Shown here: one piece after another, positions 44,506 through 56,869 of the stretch
Numbering within the stretch: the stretch's first letter is position 1
Layout: each line of letters opens with the position of its first letter
DNA from: Christensenellaceae bacterium Phil10
Lineage (GTDB): Bacteria > Bacillota > Clostridia > Christensenellales > CAG-917
Reading direction: 5' to 3'
NCBI GenBank assembly: GCA_001940895.1
Contig: MSGY01000006.1
Span: 65,179-129,178, forward strand
DNA length: 64,000 nt
Position numbers and translations under genes: made by a program
Notes under the pieces: generated by a model
What the model was told of the DNA's origin: nothing
What the model saw: only the letters and a program-made list of their open reading frames with translations
Database searches by the model: none

Positions 44506-47124
44506 TTATTCGGCGGGAGTCTGTACGTATTCCCCTCCGAGAAGTACGAACTGATGATAATATTTTCCCTGGCCGCCTACGTAAACGAGATATACGTCAT
44601 CAGTCATCACGACGGGATTGTCGTATCCTCTTTCGGCAATATTTACGCCTTCGCCCGCAAGTATTTCCGCATAGGTTTTGTCGCCGAGCGTCATGCTTTC
44701 GTTCATTGCGTGCAACAACGGGGTTTTTGCGTCAACCTGAATGTCGCCTTCTTTTGTCGCTTCTGCGTTGAACGTAATGTTAAGTCCCGCGCCTTTGCTG
44801 TTGTAAATAAATCTTACGCCCGAAAGTTTTACGACTTTATACATATTGTCGCAACGGGTTGCCGCGTCATTAAGGAATGCGGCAAAATCTTCCTGACTTG
44901 CAATGGTAACGGCGGAATCGAGGTTGAGTGCCGCGGAATTGTTTTCGCTTAATACAACGCAGTTTCCGTCCGCAACTTTATATGCGGTTACTTTGCCGCA
45001 TTCGGAAGTATTTGTCGTTGTTGTAGTAACTTTCATCGTTACGGGAACGACTATTTCATCGCCTACGGAAAGACCGGCAAGTTTGTTGTCTTTGCTTATT
45101 CCCATATCCTTAAGACCGATGATTGCGCCCGTGGTTTTGTCTTTAATGAGAATTTCGCCGTTAGCGGGAGCCGCGTTGGTTCCCGAAATAAACGCCGAAG
45201 ATATTACGATTCCGTTAAGGTTGTATACGGTATCGCTCGCCGTAAGGGCTTTTGCCGCTTCAACGCCGGTCAGCGTATCGGGAACTGAAAGGGTGATTTC
45301 GCTTTCGGTTTTTACCGACCAGAAGGTAACGATGACTTTTTTCTTGTTCCATTCGGCCGTATCTTCAAAACTTATCATATCTTCCGTTACGTCGATTTCT
45401 TCGTTGCCGTTCGCATAGGTTACCGTTGCTTTAAGTCCGGTAAACGCCGTTTTTGCGTCTCTTTCCCAGAAACTGCATACGAACGTTTTGTTGTCGGGTT
45501 CGCTGTTCAACGAAATCGCGGCGGGAACTTTATCAACGCTGACTTCAAACTGGAATTCAACGTCCGCTGCCCTTCCTCTTACCGTGTATTTGCCCTGCGC
45601 GTTCATATCGGGAAGAGTGGTTGCATCGAGCATTTCTGCGTCGAGAGTCATCGTGAAGGTAATGTCGTTGCCGTATGCGTCCGTGCCGTAGTTTACAACG
45701 ACTTTCGCGCCTTCGAGGGTGAATTCGTCTCCTACTATGTACTCGGTTCTCGCATTCTCTACGGCTGCGCCGACCGCAGTAAGACCGTCTTCGGTGCCGA
45801 GAATTACGAACTGATGATAATATGCGTTGCCGCCTACGAACAAAGCGTAAACGGTTTTGGCGGACGCTCCGGGAGTTGCCCACGTTGCAGGCGCCCATTC
45901 GGCGTCGCCGGCAAGCAGTTCGCCTACTCTGTCGCCCGTGGTATAGGGCTGGTTATAATCCGCGAAAACGGGAGAGGTGTTCTTGCCGTCGATTTTCTGG
46001 TCGGCATAAGCGGTAACGCCTTCAAACATAAATCTGTAGAATATCGACGTACCGTTCACGTATCTGATATGATAGGTGGGTGCGTTGAGTTTTACGAGTT
46101 TGTACGCGTTATCGGCACGGTTTTCGGCGCTGAGGAAATTGCGCAGTTCGTTCTGAGTGCTTATTACCGTTGCGGCGGTTTTGTCGAAATCCACGCTTGC
46201 GTTTTTCTCGACAACGCCCGTCTCGTACAATGCTCCTCCGACGTATTTCGCAAGAATTTTGTTATCGTCCGATTTAACCTGCGCTTTGTCGGTTTCCGCG
46301 CCTTCGGCGGGCAGAATTTTCGTAAGCTGAACGGGAATACGGACTTTGTCGCCTATGTCGAACAGGGGCACGTAAGTATTCTCTGCCATTTTGCCCGTGG
46401 ATTCGAGGTCTACGACGCCGATATAATTATCGGTTGCGGTATCTTTGATTACGTATTCGATGTCGCGTATGGTGTTGCAGATGGCAACTACGATACCCTC
46501 GACGTTATAAGTCGTTTCGTCGTCGGCGGGTTTGGTTTTGAGTTCGGTAACCGAAATCGCGTTATCGTCGTTTATATTCAGCGTAACGGTTTTGTCGAAT
46601 TGCGACGTTCCCGCAAGCACTTTCAATACGAGCGTGATTTTGTTTCCGTCGATGCTGTACGATACAAGGTCGTCGGGAGACGCCTGCGTCCAATCCGAAT
46701 CCTTCACGCCGTCCGACCATACTTTCTTATAGCGGATAACTTCGGAAACGTCCATAGTGCGCGAATACGTCGCGCTTTCGTCGACTTCTATCGACGCGAC
46801 TACCGCCTGCGACACGGTAATATTAACCTCGGCCGTAAATCCGTTGTAACTTACAACCGCTTTCTTGTCGGCGATTTTCAACCGTGTGGTTTTGTCGACC
46901 GTGTAATCGGTGACGACTTTCGTCGCGCCGTCTTTGTACGTTGCCGTTACGACCATTCCCGTATCGTCGAAGGTTTCGCCGGCTACGTAATCAGTCTTAT
47001 CGGGCATTTTGGTAATCTCGATACCCGTAAGCTCGCTTTCGCCCTGCTTTGCGCAAGCCGTAAGCGACAACGCAGTGAGAACGGTCATGATAACCGCAAT
47101 CATAATAACTGCTGTCTTCTTCAT
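44506..47124 (-). CDS. Large lipoprotein with Ig-like domains and an internally duplicated ~260-aa module
   Basis: 872 aa. LTAC lipobox. Y..GE.FD..GM.V.A.YKDG Big-type segments. Duplicated modules start TYNVEGIVVA / VYNLNGIVIS and end AYYHQFVILG / KYYHQFVLLG. Confidence 0.6.
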   Translation of the reverse strand: MKKTAVIMIAVIMTVLTALSLTACAKQGESELTGIEITKMPDKTDYVAGETFDDTGMVVTATYKDGATKVVTDYTVDKTTRLKIADKKAVVSYNGFTAEVNITVSQAVVASIEVDESATYSRTMDVSEVIRYKKVWSDGVKDSDWTQASPDDLVSYSIDGNKITLVLKVLAGTSQFDKTVTLNINDDNAISVTELKTKPADDETTYNVEGIVVAICNTIRDIEYVIKDTATDNYIGVVDLESTGKMAENTYVPLFDIGDKVRIPVQLTKILPAEGAETDKAQVKSDDNKILAKYVGGALYETGVVEKNASVDFDKTAATVISTQNELRNFLSAENRADNAYKLVKLNAPTYHIRYVNGTSIFYRFMFEGVTAYADQKIDGKNTSPVFADYNQPYTTGDRVGELLAGDAEWAPATWATPGASAKTVYALFVGGNAYYHQFVILGTEDGLTAVGAAVENARTEYIVGDEFTLEGAKVVVNYGTDAYGNDITFTMTLDAEMLDATTLPDMNAQGKYTVRGRAADVEFQFEVSVDKVPAAISLNSEPDNKTFVCSFWERDAKTAFTGLKATVTYANGNEEIDVTEDMISFEDTAEWNKKKVIVTFWSVKTESEITLSVPDTLTGVEAAKALTASDTVYNLNGIVISSAFISGTNAAPANGEILIKDKTTGAIIGLKDMGISKDNKLAGLSVGDEIVVPVTMKVTTTTTNTSECGKVTAYKVADGNCVVLSENNSAALNLDSAVTIASQEDFAAFLNDAATRCDNMYKVVKLSGVRFIYNSKGAGLNITFNAEATKEGDIQVDAKTPLLHAMNESMTLGDKTYAEILAGEGVNIAERGYDNPVVMTDDVYLVYVGGQGKYYHQFVLLGGEYVQTPAE

Positions 47125-47346
47125 CTGTAATTTTCTCCTTTATTATATTTTCGGTTTTCGCGTTATCGGAATATATCCCTTGCGCGCGGGCGATATATAC
47201 CGATATCACAAGTTAAGTATGTATAACCTATAATCGCAAAAGCAAGTTTTTTTTTCGCAAGTTTTACATTCTTTACAAAACTCGGTAATTTCGTTAACGA
47301 CGCGCCGTTATTTGTGGGGTTTTAGGCCGGTTTTTTGTGTGGACGC

Positions 47347-47374
47347 TTGACTTTCGTATAAAAAAATATATAAT
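47347..47374 (+). promoter_or_regulatory. Promoter of the TetR gene
   Basis: TTGACT, 16 nt spacer, TATAAT. Confidence 0.5.
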
Positions 47375-47402
47375 GGAAACAAAAAAAAGGTTTTTCGTTT
47401 CC
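47375..47402. promoter_or_regulatory. Palindrome between -10 and ATG (candidate TetR operator)
   Basis: GGAAACAAAAAA..GGTTTTTCGTTTCC. The arms are complementary in about 11 of 12 positions. Confidence 0.4.
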
Positions 47403-47403
47403 T

Positions 47404-47901
47404 ATGAACAACGACATAAGGTCTCTTATAATTAAAGAATCGGCAAACAGTTTAAAAACCGACGGCCTTAAATTTTCGGTTGATACGCTGTCGGCAAAAC
47501 TGAAGATTTCTAAAAAAACCGTATATAAATATTTCTCGTCCAAACAGGAACTTGCAATCGCCGTTTACGATTATTTCTATAACGACGTTAATGGCCGAAT
47601 TTCGTGTTTTACATCAGAAAATTTAAAAGATAAAGTGCTTTTTTTGTTAAATGTTTACTTTGAATCCTCGCTTATGACGCACGACGAAATTTTCAATAAA
47701 TACGCCCTTAACGACTCCGTCCGTTCATATGCCAAAGGCAACCATATAAAAGTCTGGAACAGAATTTGTTCCGTCGTCGGTTTGTCCGACGAAACGGCAG
47801 AGTCTGCCAAAATAATCGTCGACGGCGCATTTAAAGAGTTGCGGAACAATGCGCAAGCGTCGGAAAAAGTCATAGGATTTCTGGTCGATTGCCTATGTTG
47901 A
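47404..47901 (+). CDS. TetR-family transcriptional regulator
   Basis: 165 aa. N-terminal HTH (FSVDTLSAKLKISKKTVYKYFSSKQEL). Confidence 0.85.
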   Translation: MNNDIRSLIIKESANSLKTDGLKFSVDTLSAKLKISKKTVYKYFSSKQELAIAVYDYFYNDVNGRISCFTSENLKDKVLFLLNVYFESSLMTHDEIFNKYALNDSVRSYAKGNHIKVWNRICSVVGLSDETAESAKIIVDGAFKELRNNAQASEKVIGFLVDCLC

Positions 47902-49005
47902 TTCAGATTTTGTGCGTATTTGCCGCAATATGCGCGGCGTACGTTATCGGAAAAGCCGTCGCGCGGTTAAGACTGCCGTCCATTCTCGGATGGCTTCTTG
48001 CCGGAATACTGTTCGGGCCTTATCTTGCAAACGTAATTACGCAGGATACCGTAAACGCATTATAGTATAACGTTTTTATAAAGTTTTTCGAATGTTTTGC
48101 CGGCGTGATGATAGGCAAAGAAATAATCGTGAAAAAACTGGCAAGTTCGGGAAAGCGGATTGTCGGTATTACTTTTATTCAGTCTCTCGGAACGTTTGCG
48201 GTTGTTTCACTGGTCTTTGCGATTGCCTTTTTAATTATGGATATTCCGTTTTACCTTGCGTTCGTGTTCGGAGGCATCGCGCTTGCCACCGCCCCCGCAC
48301 CCGCCTTGTCAATAGTCAACGAGTACAATAGGTATGGTACTGATTCCTTTTGCGATAGGCGGCGTTTTCGGAGCAATCGTTTCTCTTATAGTTCGCAGAT
48401 TAAAAAAGCCCGTCGCGTGTTTTATCGCCACTCTTTCGGGACTTTGCGTCAGCGCGGCCACGGGAATAATAATCGATATATTCGCGTTTAAGTCGTTCAG
48501 CATAAACTATCTTCTCATCGGTATGACTTTCAGCGCGATAGTCGCAAACGTCGCGGGCGACGAGAAACTTGCAGGTATAATGAAATACTACTCGCCGTTG
48601 CTTAATTTATCGTTTATTATCGTAATTGTAAATCTCGGACTTCCCCTCGACTACCGTCTCATCGCGGGAGCGGGACTGTTTACCGCTATTTATATACTTT
48701 CGCGTGCGGCGGGAAAAATCGGGGGCGCTTTCCTCGGCGGGAAAATTACGCATGCGGAACCTGCCGTCACGAAATATCTCGGATTCACTCTTCTTCCCCA
48801 TTCGGGCGTTTCGCTCGTTTTTACGGGTATTGCCGTATCCACTTTAAACGGCTTCGACCCGTCGCTTGCGAATATAGTATCGGGCACCGTTGTCTCGGCG
48901 GCGGTAATTAACGAAATCATTGCCGTAATTACGGCCAAAATCGCCTTTAAAAAGGCAGGCGAAATACCTGTTCCCGCATCGGACGCTAATTCCGAAATAA
49001 AATAA
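47895..49005 (+). pseudogene. Cation:proton antiporter (CPA-type), disrupted by an in-frame TAG and a downstream frameshift/deletion
   Basis: The ATG at 47895 overlaps the TetR stop. The N terminus LPSILGWLLAGILFGP is typical of the family. TAG at 48063-48065 lies in the same frame as the 48105 ORF. The frame switches between about 48313 and 48340 into the 48334..49005 ORF. Confidence 0.7.
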
Positions 49006-49006
49006 A

Positions 49007-49028
49007 ACGGCCCGTAAGGACCGTTTTA
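49007..49028. terminator. Bidirectional hairpin between the antiporter remnant and the rubredoxin gene
   Basis: AAAACGGCCC / GGACCGTTTT. Confidence 0.55.
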
Positions 49029-49046
49029 TTTCGTGATTGAAAAATA

Positions 49047-49181
49047 TTATTCGGCGGGTGAAAACTCGTCCTTGCCTACTCCGCAAAGCGGGCAAACCCA
49101 ATCTTCGGGCAAATCGGCAAATTTTACGCCTTCGGCTTCCTCGTCGTACTCGTAACCGCACACGTTGCAAACGTATTTCAT
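49047..49181 (-). CDS. Short rubredoxin (44 aa; below the ORF-track cutoff)
   Basis: AGGAGG RBS. Translation [44 protein letters not shown] has the C.VCGY and DWVCP.CG rubredoxin knuckles. Confidence 0.8.
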   Translation of the reverse strand: MKYVCNVCGYEYDEEAEGVKFADLPEDWVCPLCGVGKDEFSPAE

Positions 49182-49271
49182 ATTGCGCCTCCTGTTTGTT
49201 TTTCTATAACGATATGATACTATATAGCAATTCGTTTTTCAACAAAATATACCAAGATTTTTTATATGGCA

Positions 49272-49302
49272 TAAAATAAAAACCCTCCGGACAGGAGGGT
49301 TT
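49272..49302 (-). terminator. Terminator after gyrA
   Basis: AACCCTCC / GGAGGGTT stem with a T-run on the minus strand. Confidence 0.7.
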
Positions 49303-49315
49303 TATCGGTTATAAG

Positions 49316-51910
49316 TTATTCCGCCGTGTTTTCGGTTGAGTCGGTTGTCGGCGTTTCTGTCTCTGTTTCTACGGAGTTTGCCGTTTCTTCTGCCGAAACG
49401 ACGACGGGATTGCCGTTTTCATCGACAGGGACTTCCTCTTCGGGCTCCTCGTGAGGTACGACGGCGATTGACATAATCTTGCTGCCTTCCCTGAGGTTCA
49501 TAACTTTTACGCCCTTCGTATCGCGGCCGATTTTTCTGATTTCGTCGGCGGATACGCGGATAATTATTCCGTTGTCGGCGATTATCATCACGTCGTTGTC
49601 GGCGTTTATCATTTTAAGGCAAACCAGCTTGCCCGTTTCCTCTGTGAACACGCCCGCTTTTACGCCCATACCGGCGCGTCCCTGTACGCGATAATCCTCG
49701 GGCGACGAGCGTTTTCCGAAACCGTTTTCGGAAATCGTAAGCACTTCTTTATCCTCTTCGACCATCGCCATATCCACGGCGTAATCGCCGGGCTTCAGCT
49801 TCATACTGCGTACGCCCTGGCAGTCTCTGCCCATTGCGCGGACGTCTTCTTCGCGGAAACGTATGCACTTGCCTTCGTGCGACGCGATTATCAGTTCTTC
49901 GGTGCCTTTCGTAATCATCGCGGATATCAATTCGTCGCCTTCAACCAGCTTAATCGCCTTTTTACCGGTCTTTCTGATACTGTCAAACTCCGATAATGCT
50001 GTTTTCTTGATTAAACCCTGTTTGGTTGCGAGCATCAGATAGCCCTCTCCTCTTTCGGGCACGGGAAGCAAAGTAGTAACCTTTTCGCCGGGGTCGAGTT
50101 GCAGAATATTGATGACTGCGCGCCCGCGCGAATTTCTTGACGCCTCGGGAATTTCGTATCCTTTTATGACGTAAACTTTTCCGAAGTTGGTAAAGAACAT
50201 AAGGTCGTCGTGCGTCGACGTCGTAAAGATGTTTTCGACAAAGTCCTCGTCTTTCGTCTTGTGCGCCGTGATGCCTATTCCTCCGCGGTGCTGACTCTTA
50301 TATTCCGCGACGGGCTGACGTTTGACGTATCCGCCGTGCGTCATCGAAACGACGATATCCTCTTTTTCGATAAGGTCGGCGATGTTGATTTCGGAATAGT
50401 CGTACGACACCTCGCTGCGGCGCGGAGTATTGTAGGTGTTCTTGACTTCGAGAAGTTCTTTTTTGACGATATCGTTTACTTTGTTGATATCGGCGAGAAT
50501 TTCCTTGTAGTTTGCGATTTCGACTTCTTTCTCGGCAAGTTCCTCGTTGATTTTTTCCACTTCGAGAGAGGTAAGTCTTCTCAGACGCATTTCGAGGATA
50601 GCCGCCGCCTGTTTGTCGCTTAACAGGAAAGTATCGATAAGGGCTTTCATCGCGGCGTCGTTGTCGGCGCTTTCCTTGATTACTTTAATAACCTCGTCGA
50701 TATTTGCAAGCGCGATTGCGAGACCTTTTAATATATGTTCTCTTTCCTCCGCCTTTTCGAGGTCGAAACGGGTACGGCGGGTAATAACGTCTTCCTGATG
50801 TTTAATATAGTAAGTGAGTATTTCTTTAAGGTTGAGTATGCGCGGTTTGCTGTCGGCGAGAACGAGCATTATCATGCTGAAACTCGTCTGCATCTGCGTC
50901 TGTTTGAACAGCGTGTTAAGAACGACCTGCGCGTTCGCGTCCTTCTTAATGTCGATGACTACGCGCAGACCGTGACGGTCGGACTCGTCCTTTATGTCGG
51001 AAATTCCTTCGATGCGTTTGTCCTTTACCTGGTCGGCGATGTTTTCGATAAGGCGCGCTTTGTTGACCTGATAAGGAAGTTCGGTAACGACTATGCGACT
51101 GCGGCCGTTAGGCATCTCCTCGATATCGGTACGGGCGCGGATTATGCAGCCTCCTCGGCCTGTTTTGTAGGCTTGTCTTATGGACGCGCGTCCGAGAACT
51201 ATTCCGGCAGACGGGAAATCGGGCGCAGGAACGTATTTCATAAGGTCCTCGATTTCCATATCGGGATTGTCCATCAGAGCGACGGTAGCGTCGATTACCT
51301 CGCCGAGATTGTGAGGAGGAATTGAAGTCGCCATACCTACCGCGATACCGTCCGAACCGTTTACGAGCAGGTTGGGATAGCGAGAAGGCAATACGACGGG
51401 CTGCTCGCGCGTGTCGTCGAAGTTGGGGCAGAAGTCCACCACCCTCTTGTCGAGGTCTCTTATCATTTCGTTGGCGATTTTAGAAAGTCGCGCCTCGGTA
51501 TAACGGTAAGCGGCGGCAGGGTCTCCGTCGACCGAGCCGAAGTTGCCGTGTCCGTCGATTAACGGACATCTTATAGAAAAGTCCTGCGCGAGGCGTACGA
51601 GCGCGTCGTAAACCGAACTGTCGCCGTGAGGATGGTATTTGCCCAGCACGTCGCCGACGATAAGCGCGCATTTTCTGAACGGTTTATCCGAAGTAAGATT
51701 GAGTTCGCTCATGCTGTACAGAATGCGGCGGTGAACGGGTTTCAGACCGTCGCGGACGTCGGGAATGGCACGCGACACGTTGACCGCCATTGCATAGGCG
51801 ATAAAGGATTTTTTCATTTCGGAATCCAAATCGACGGGAACGATTTTGGACATCCCGAGATGCTCTACGAAATCTTTGTCTTTTTGCGAATCGTTGTTTT
51901 TAATAATCAT
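49316..51910 (-). CDS. gyrA: DNA gyrase subunit A
   Basis: 864 aa. AAMRYTE-type active-site region ([11 protein letters not shown]), QRDR-like [16 protein letters not shown], and an acidic tail. Confidence 0.97.
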   Translation of the reverse strand: MIIKNNDSQKDKDFVEHLGMSKIVPVDLDSEMKKSFIAYAMAVNVSRAIPDVRDGLKPVHRRILYSMSELNLTSDKPFRKCALIVGDVLGKYHPHGDSSVYDALVRLAQDFSIRCPLIDGHGNFGSVDGDPAAAYRYTEARLSKIANEMIRDLDKRVVDFCPNFDDTREQPVVLPSRYPNLLVNGSDGIAVGMATSIPPHNLGEVIDATVALMDNPDMEIEDLMKYVPAPDFPSAGIVLGRASIRQAYKTGRGGCIIRARTDIEEMPNGRSRIVVTELPYQVNKARLIENIADQVKDKRIEGISDIKDESDRHGLRVVIDIKKDANAQVVLNTLFKQTQMQTSFSMIMLVLADSKPRILNLKEILTYYIKHQEDVITRRTRFDLEKAEEREHILKGLAIALANIDEVIKVIKESADNDAAMKALIDTFLLSDKQAAAILEMRLRRLTSLEVEKINEELAEKEVEIANYKEILADINKVNDIVKKELLEVKNTYNTPRRSEVSYDYSEINIADLIEKEDIVVSMTHGGYVKRQPVAEYKSQHRGGIGITAHKTKDEDFVENIFTTSTHDDLMFFTNFGKVYVIKGYEIPEASRNSRGRAVINILQLDPGEKVTTLLPVPERGEGYLMLATKQGLIKKTALSEFDSIRKTGKKAIKLVEGDELISAMITKGTEELIIASHEGKCIRFREEDVRAMGRDCQGVRSMKLKPGDYAVDMAMVEEDKEVLTISENGFGKRSSPEDYRVQGRAGMGVKAGVFTEETGKLVCLKMINADNDVMIIADNGIIIRVSADEIRKIGRDTKGVKVMNLREGSKIMSIAVVPHEEPEEEVPVDENGNPVVVSAEETANSVETETETPTTDSTENTAE

Positions 51911-51927
51911 TTTGACGTCCTCCTTCG

Positions 51928-54082
<2,155 letters not shown>

Positions 54083-54096
54083 TCCCACCTCGCGCG

Positions 54097-54105
54097 TGTG
54101 TATAA
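54097..54105 (-). promoter_or_regulatory. DnaA box matching TTATNCACA
   Basis: Plus strand reads TGTGTATAA. Flanked by 5-bp GC inverted repeats (CGCGC/GCGCG). About 90 bp of very AT-rich DNA follows. Confidence 0.5.
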
Positions 54106-54279
54106 GCGCGCACGCAATATAATATTTATTTAATTATATCATATTATCAATAATAATACAAACCTTTTTCAAACTTTTTATACTCTTTGTAAGGCGATTT
54201 TAAATTATTTGGTTTACAAACGACGATTTTTTATGTACGCTGTGTTATAATAATTGAGAAAAACCGTCGGTCGGATAAT

Positions 54280-55374
54280 ATGTATATTAAATCGCTTCAA
54301 CTTAAAAACTTCAGAAATTACGCTTCGCAACGCGTCGAATTCGGCCCCGGAATAAACGTTCTCACGGGCGAAAACGCAAGCGGAAAGACAAATATGCTCG
54401 AAGCGATATATTTATTGGGACTGGGAAAATCTCCGCGTACAAGCCGTGAAAAGGAGCTTATTTCGCTCGGCGCGGAACGCGCGTACGTCAAAGCGGAAAT
54501 AGCAAAAAAATACCGCTCTCACACGATAGAAATTCTTATCGAAAACAAGGGCGCGAAAAAAATCAGAATCGACGGCATTCCCGTAAAACGCCTTTCGGAA
54601 CTTATCGGCATCGTAAACGTCGTGTATTTTTCACCCGACGAAATGCGTTTCGTAAAAGCAGGCCCCGACGAAAGACGTCGGTTTCTGGACGTATCTCTTT
54701 CTCAACAATCCAAAACCTATTTCAAATCACTTGCAAAATACAATAAAATTCTCGCACAAAGAAACACTTTGCTGAAGACGGAAAACCGGAACGAAAATCT
54801 TTCTTCACTGTTGTCTATCTGGGACGCAGGACTTGCCGAAGTGGGCGCAAACCTTATTCTTGCAAGAAAAAACTATATTAAAAAACTGTCCTCTCTCGCA
54901 AAAATTTCTCACTGGGAATTAAGCGACGGAAAAGAAAACCTTTCTCTTTCTTACGAATGCAATACCGACGGCGAAACGTACGACGAAATATATTCATCTC
55001 TTCTTTCGTCTTTTTCTTCTTCCGTTGAAAAAGACCGCGCCCTTATGTTTACCACAAAAGGACCGCATCGCGACGATATAAACATTTCGCTTAACGATAA
55101 CGACGCAAGAAAATTTGCGTCGCAGGGTCAGCAGAGAAGCGTTTCTCTTTCGGTGAAAATCGCCGAACTCACCCTGTTCGAACACGAAACGGGCGAAGCC
55201 CCCGTTCTGTTGCTCGACGACGTTTTAAGCGAACTTGACATTCGCCGCAAAGAAAAGTTGCTTGAATTGTCAAACCGCACTCAAACGATGATTACATGCA
55301 CTGAATTTGACTTTAAACCGTCGAATTTGTCAAAATTATATAAAATTAAAAACGGAAACGTATTAAACCGCTGA
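54280..55374 (+). CDS. recF: DNA replication and repair protein RecF
   Basis: 364 aa. LKNFRNY, Walker A GENASGKTN, signature SQGQQRS, Walker B LLLDDV. Confidence 0.95.
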   Translation: MYIKSLQLKNFRNYASQRVEFGPGINVLTGENASGKTNMLEAIYLLGLGKSPRTSREKELISLGAERAYVKAEIAKKYRSHTIEILIENKGAKKIRIDGIPVKRLSELIGIVNVVYFSPDEMRFVKAGPDERRRFLDVSLSQQSKTYFKSLAKYNKILAQRNTLLKTENRNENLSSLLSIWDAGLAEVGANLILARKNYIKKLSSLAKISHWELSDGKENLSLSYECNTDGETYDEIYSSLLSSFSSSVEKDRALMFTTKGPHRDDINISLNDNDARKFASQGQQRSVSLSVKIAELTLFEHETGEAPVLLLDDVLSELDIRRKEKLLELSNRTQTMITCTEFDFKPSNLSKLYKIKNGNVLNR

Positions 55375-55454
55375 TTTAGTAATATTATAGTTTTTTATCA
55401 ATTATTCCGTCAAATTATTTGTATTTTTTCAAGTATAATGTTATCATATATATT

Positions 55455-56819
55455 ATGATAGATATCAATACGCTTTGGAACGACACAAAAACAAAATTAT
55501 CCGCAAGGCTTCAGGCGATAAGTTTCGAGGTCTGGATTGAAAAATTAGAGCCTATTTGTTTTATAGGTCATACGCTCGTGCTGCAATCGGGAAGTCAGAG
55601 CAGTAAAAACACCGTAGTTAAAAATTACGGCGCCACCATTCTCGAGGCGGTAAAAGAAGTAAATCCCATAATTACGGACGTAAAAATCATAACCGAAGCG
55701 GAAAAGGCGGACTGTCTTAAACAGCAGGATTATACGCTGGGCGACGAACTCGTCGTAAAAAAATCGGACAAGCCGCAGGATACGGGATTCACTTTCAATA
55801 AAAAATACACTTTTTCCAACTTCGTCGTAGGAAAATCGAACGAAATAGCTTTCGCCGCCGCGCAGGCCGTTGCCGAACACCCCGGCGGACGTTTTAATCC
55901 TTTGTTCATATACGGCGGCGTAGGTCTCGGAAAAACGCATCTCCTTCACGCGATAGGAAATTACATAAACGAAAAATATCCTCAAAAAAGGATAATGTAT
56001 ATCACTACCGAAAAGTACGTTAACGATTACGTCGAAGCTATACGCGATTCGAAGTCGAGCAGCAGCAGTAATTTCCGCGAGAAATACCGCTCCGTCGACG
56101 TTCTGATGATAGACGATATACAATTTATCGCTTCGCGTCAGGGCACTCAGGAAGCGCTTTTCCACACTTTCAACGACTTATATCAGAACGACAAACACAT
56201 AATTATTTCAAGCGACCGTCCGCCAAAGGAAATTTCCCCGCTCGAAGACCGCCTTCGCACGCGTTTTCAATGGGGCCTTCTTGCGGACATTCAGCCGCCC
56301 GACCTCGAAACGAGAATAGAAATATTAAAGAAAAAGGCCGACGCCAACGATTTTTATCTTTCCGACGAAGTCGCGGCGTTTATTGCAAGCAACATAGAAA
56401 CCAATATCCGCGATATGGAAGGACTGTTGAACAAGGTTATGTTTTACAGTCAGTTATCGGGTCAGCAGGTTACTTCCGTTGCCGTAGCTCAGGAAGCTTT
56501 AAAAGATTTTATCGACTGCAAAAAAGAACATTTCGACGCTTACGACGTGCTTGCGACAACCTGTAAATATTTCAACGTGGCCGAAAGCGACGTAACCGGA
56601 AAAAAGAAAAACAAGGAATTCGTCGAGCCTCGTATGATTGCTATTTATCTCATTTGCGACCTTTTATCGATTCCTCTCGTATCCATCGGTTCGATATTCG
56701 GTGGAAGAGACCACGCAACCGTAATACACGCAAGGGATAAAATAACCGAACAATTGAAAACCAACAAAAAACTTAATATACAGATAAACGATATAAAAGA
56801 TATGCTGTATAAACGTTGA
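55455..56819 (+). CDS. dnaA: Chromosomal replication initiator DnaA
   Basis: ATG at 55455 (MIDINTLWNDTK). AAA+ GGVGLGKTHLLHAIGN, DVLMIDDIQF, and the C-terminal DNA-binding GGRDHATVIHA. Confidence 0.97.
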   Translation: MIDINTLWNDTKTKLSARLQAISFEVWIEKLEPICFIGHTLVLQSGSQSSKNTVVKNYGATILEAVKEVNPIITDVKIITEAEKADCLKQQDYTLGDELVVKKSDKPQDTGFTFNKKYTFSNFVVGKSNEIAFAAAQAVAEHPGGRFNPLFIYGGVGLGKTHLLHAIGNYINEKYPQKRIMYITTEKYVNDYVEAIRDSKSSSSSNFREKYRSVDVLMIDDIQFIASRQGTQEALFHTFNDLYQNDKHIIISSDRPPKEISPLEDRLRTRFQWGLLADIQPPDLETRIEILKKKADANDFYLSDEVAAFIASNIETNIRDMEGLLNKVMFYSQLSGQQVTSVAVAQEALKDFIDCKKEHFDAYDVLATTCKYFNVAESDVTGKKKNKEFVEPRMIAIYLICDLLSIPLVSIGSIFGGRDHATVIHARDKITEQLKTNKKLNIQINDIKDMLYKR

Positions 56820-56848
56820 TTGTTGAAATGTTTATTGGTTTTTTGTTT

Positions 56849-56869
56849 TATAAACAAAGTTATAAACAT
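56849..56869 (+). promoter_or_regulatory. Two direct TTATAAACA 9-mers (DnaA-box-like, one mismatch) in the dnaA-dnaN spacer
   Basis: 56849-56857 and 56861-56869, inside a 188-bp strongly AT-rich intergenic region. Confidence 0.35.

Noticed and set aside
48063-48065. In-frame TAG in the antiporter as possible pyrrolysine or programmed readthrough.
   Set aside because: A second independent lesion (frame change with missing conserved segment near 48313-48340) is present in the same gene. TAG is also used as an ordinary stop elsewhere in the window. A pseudogene is the simpler explanation.
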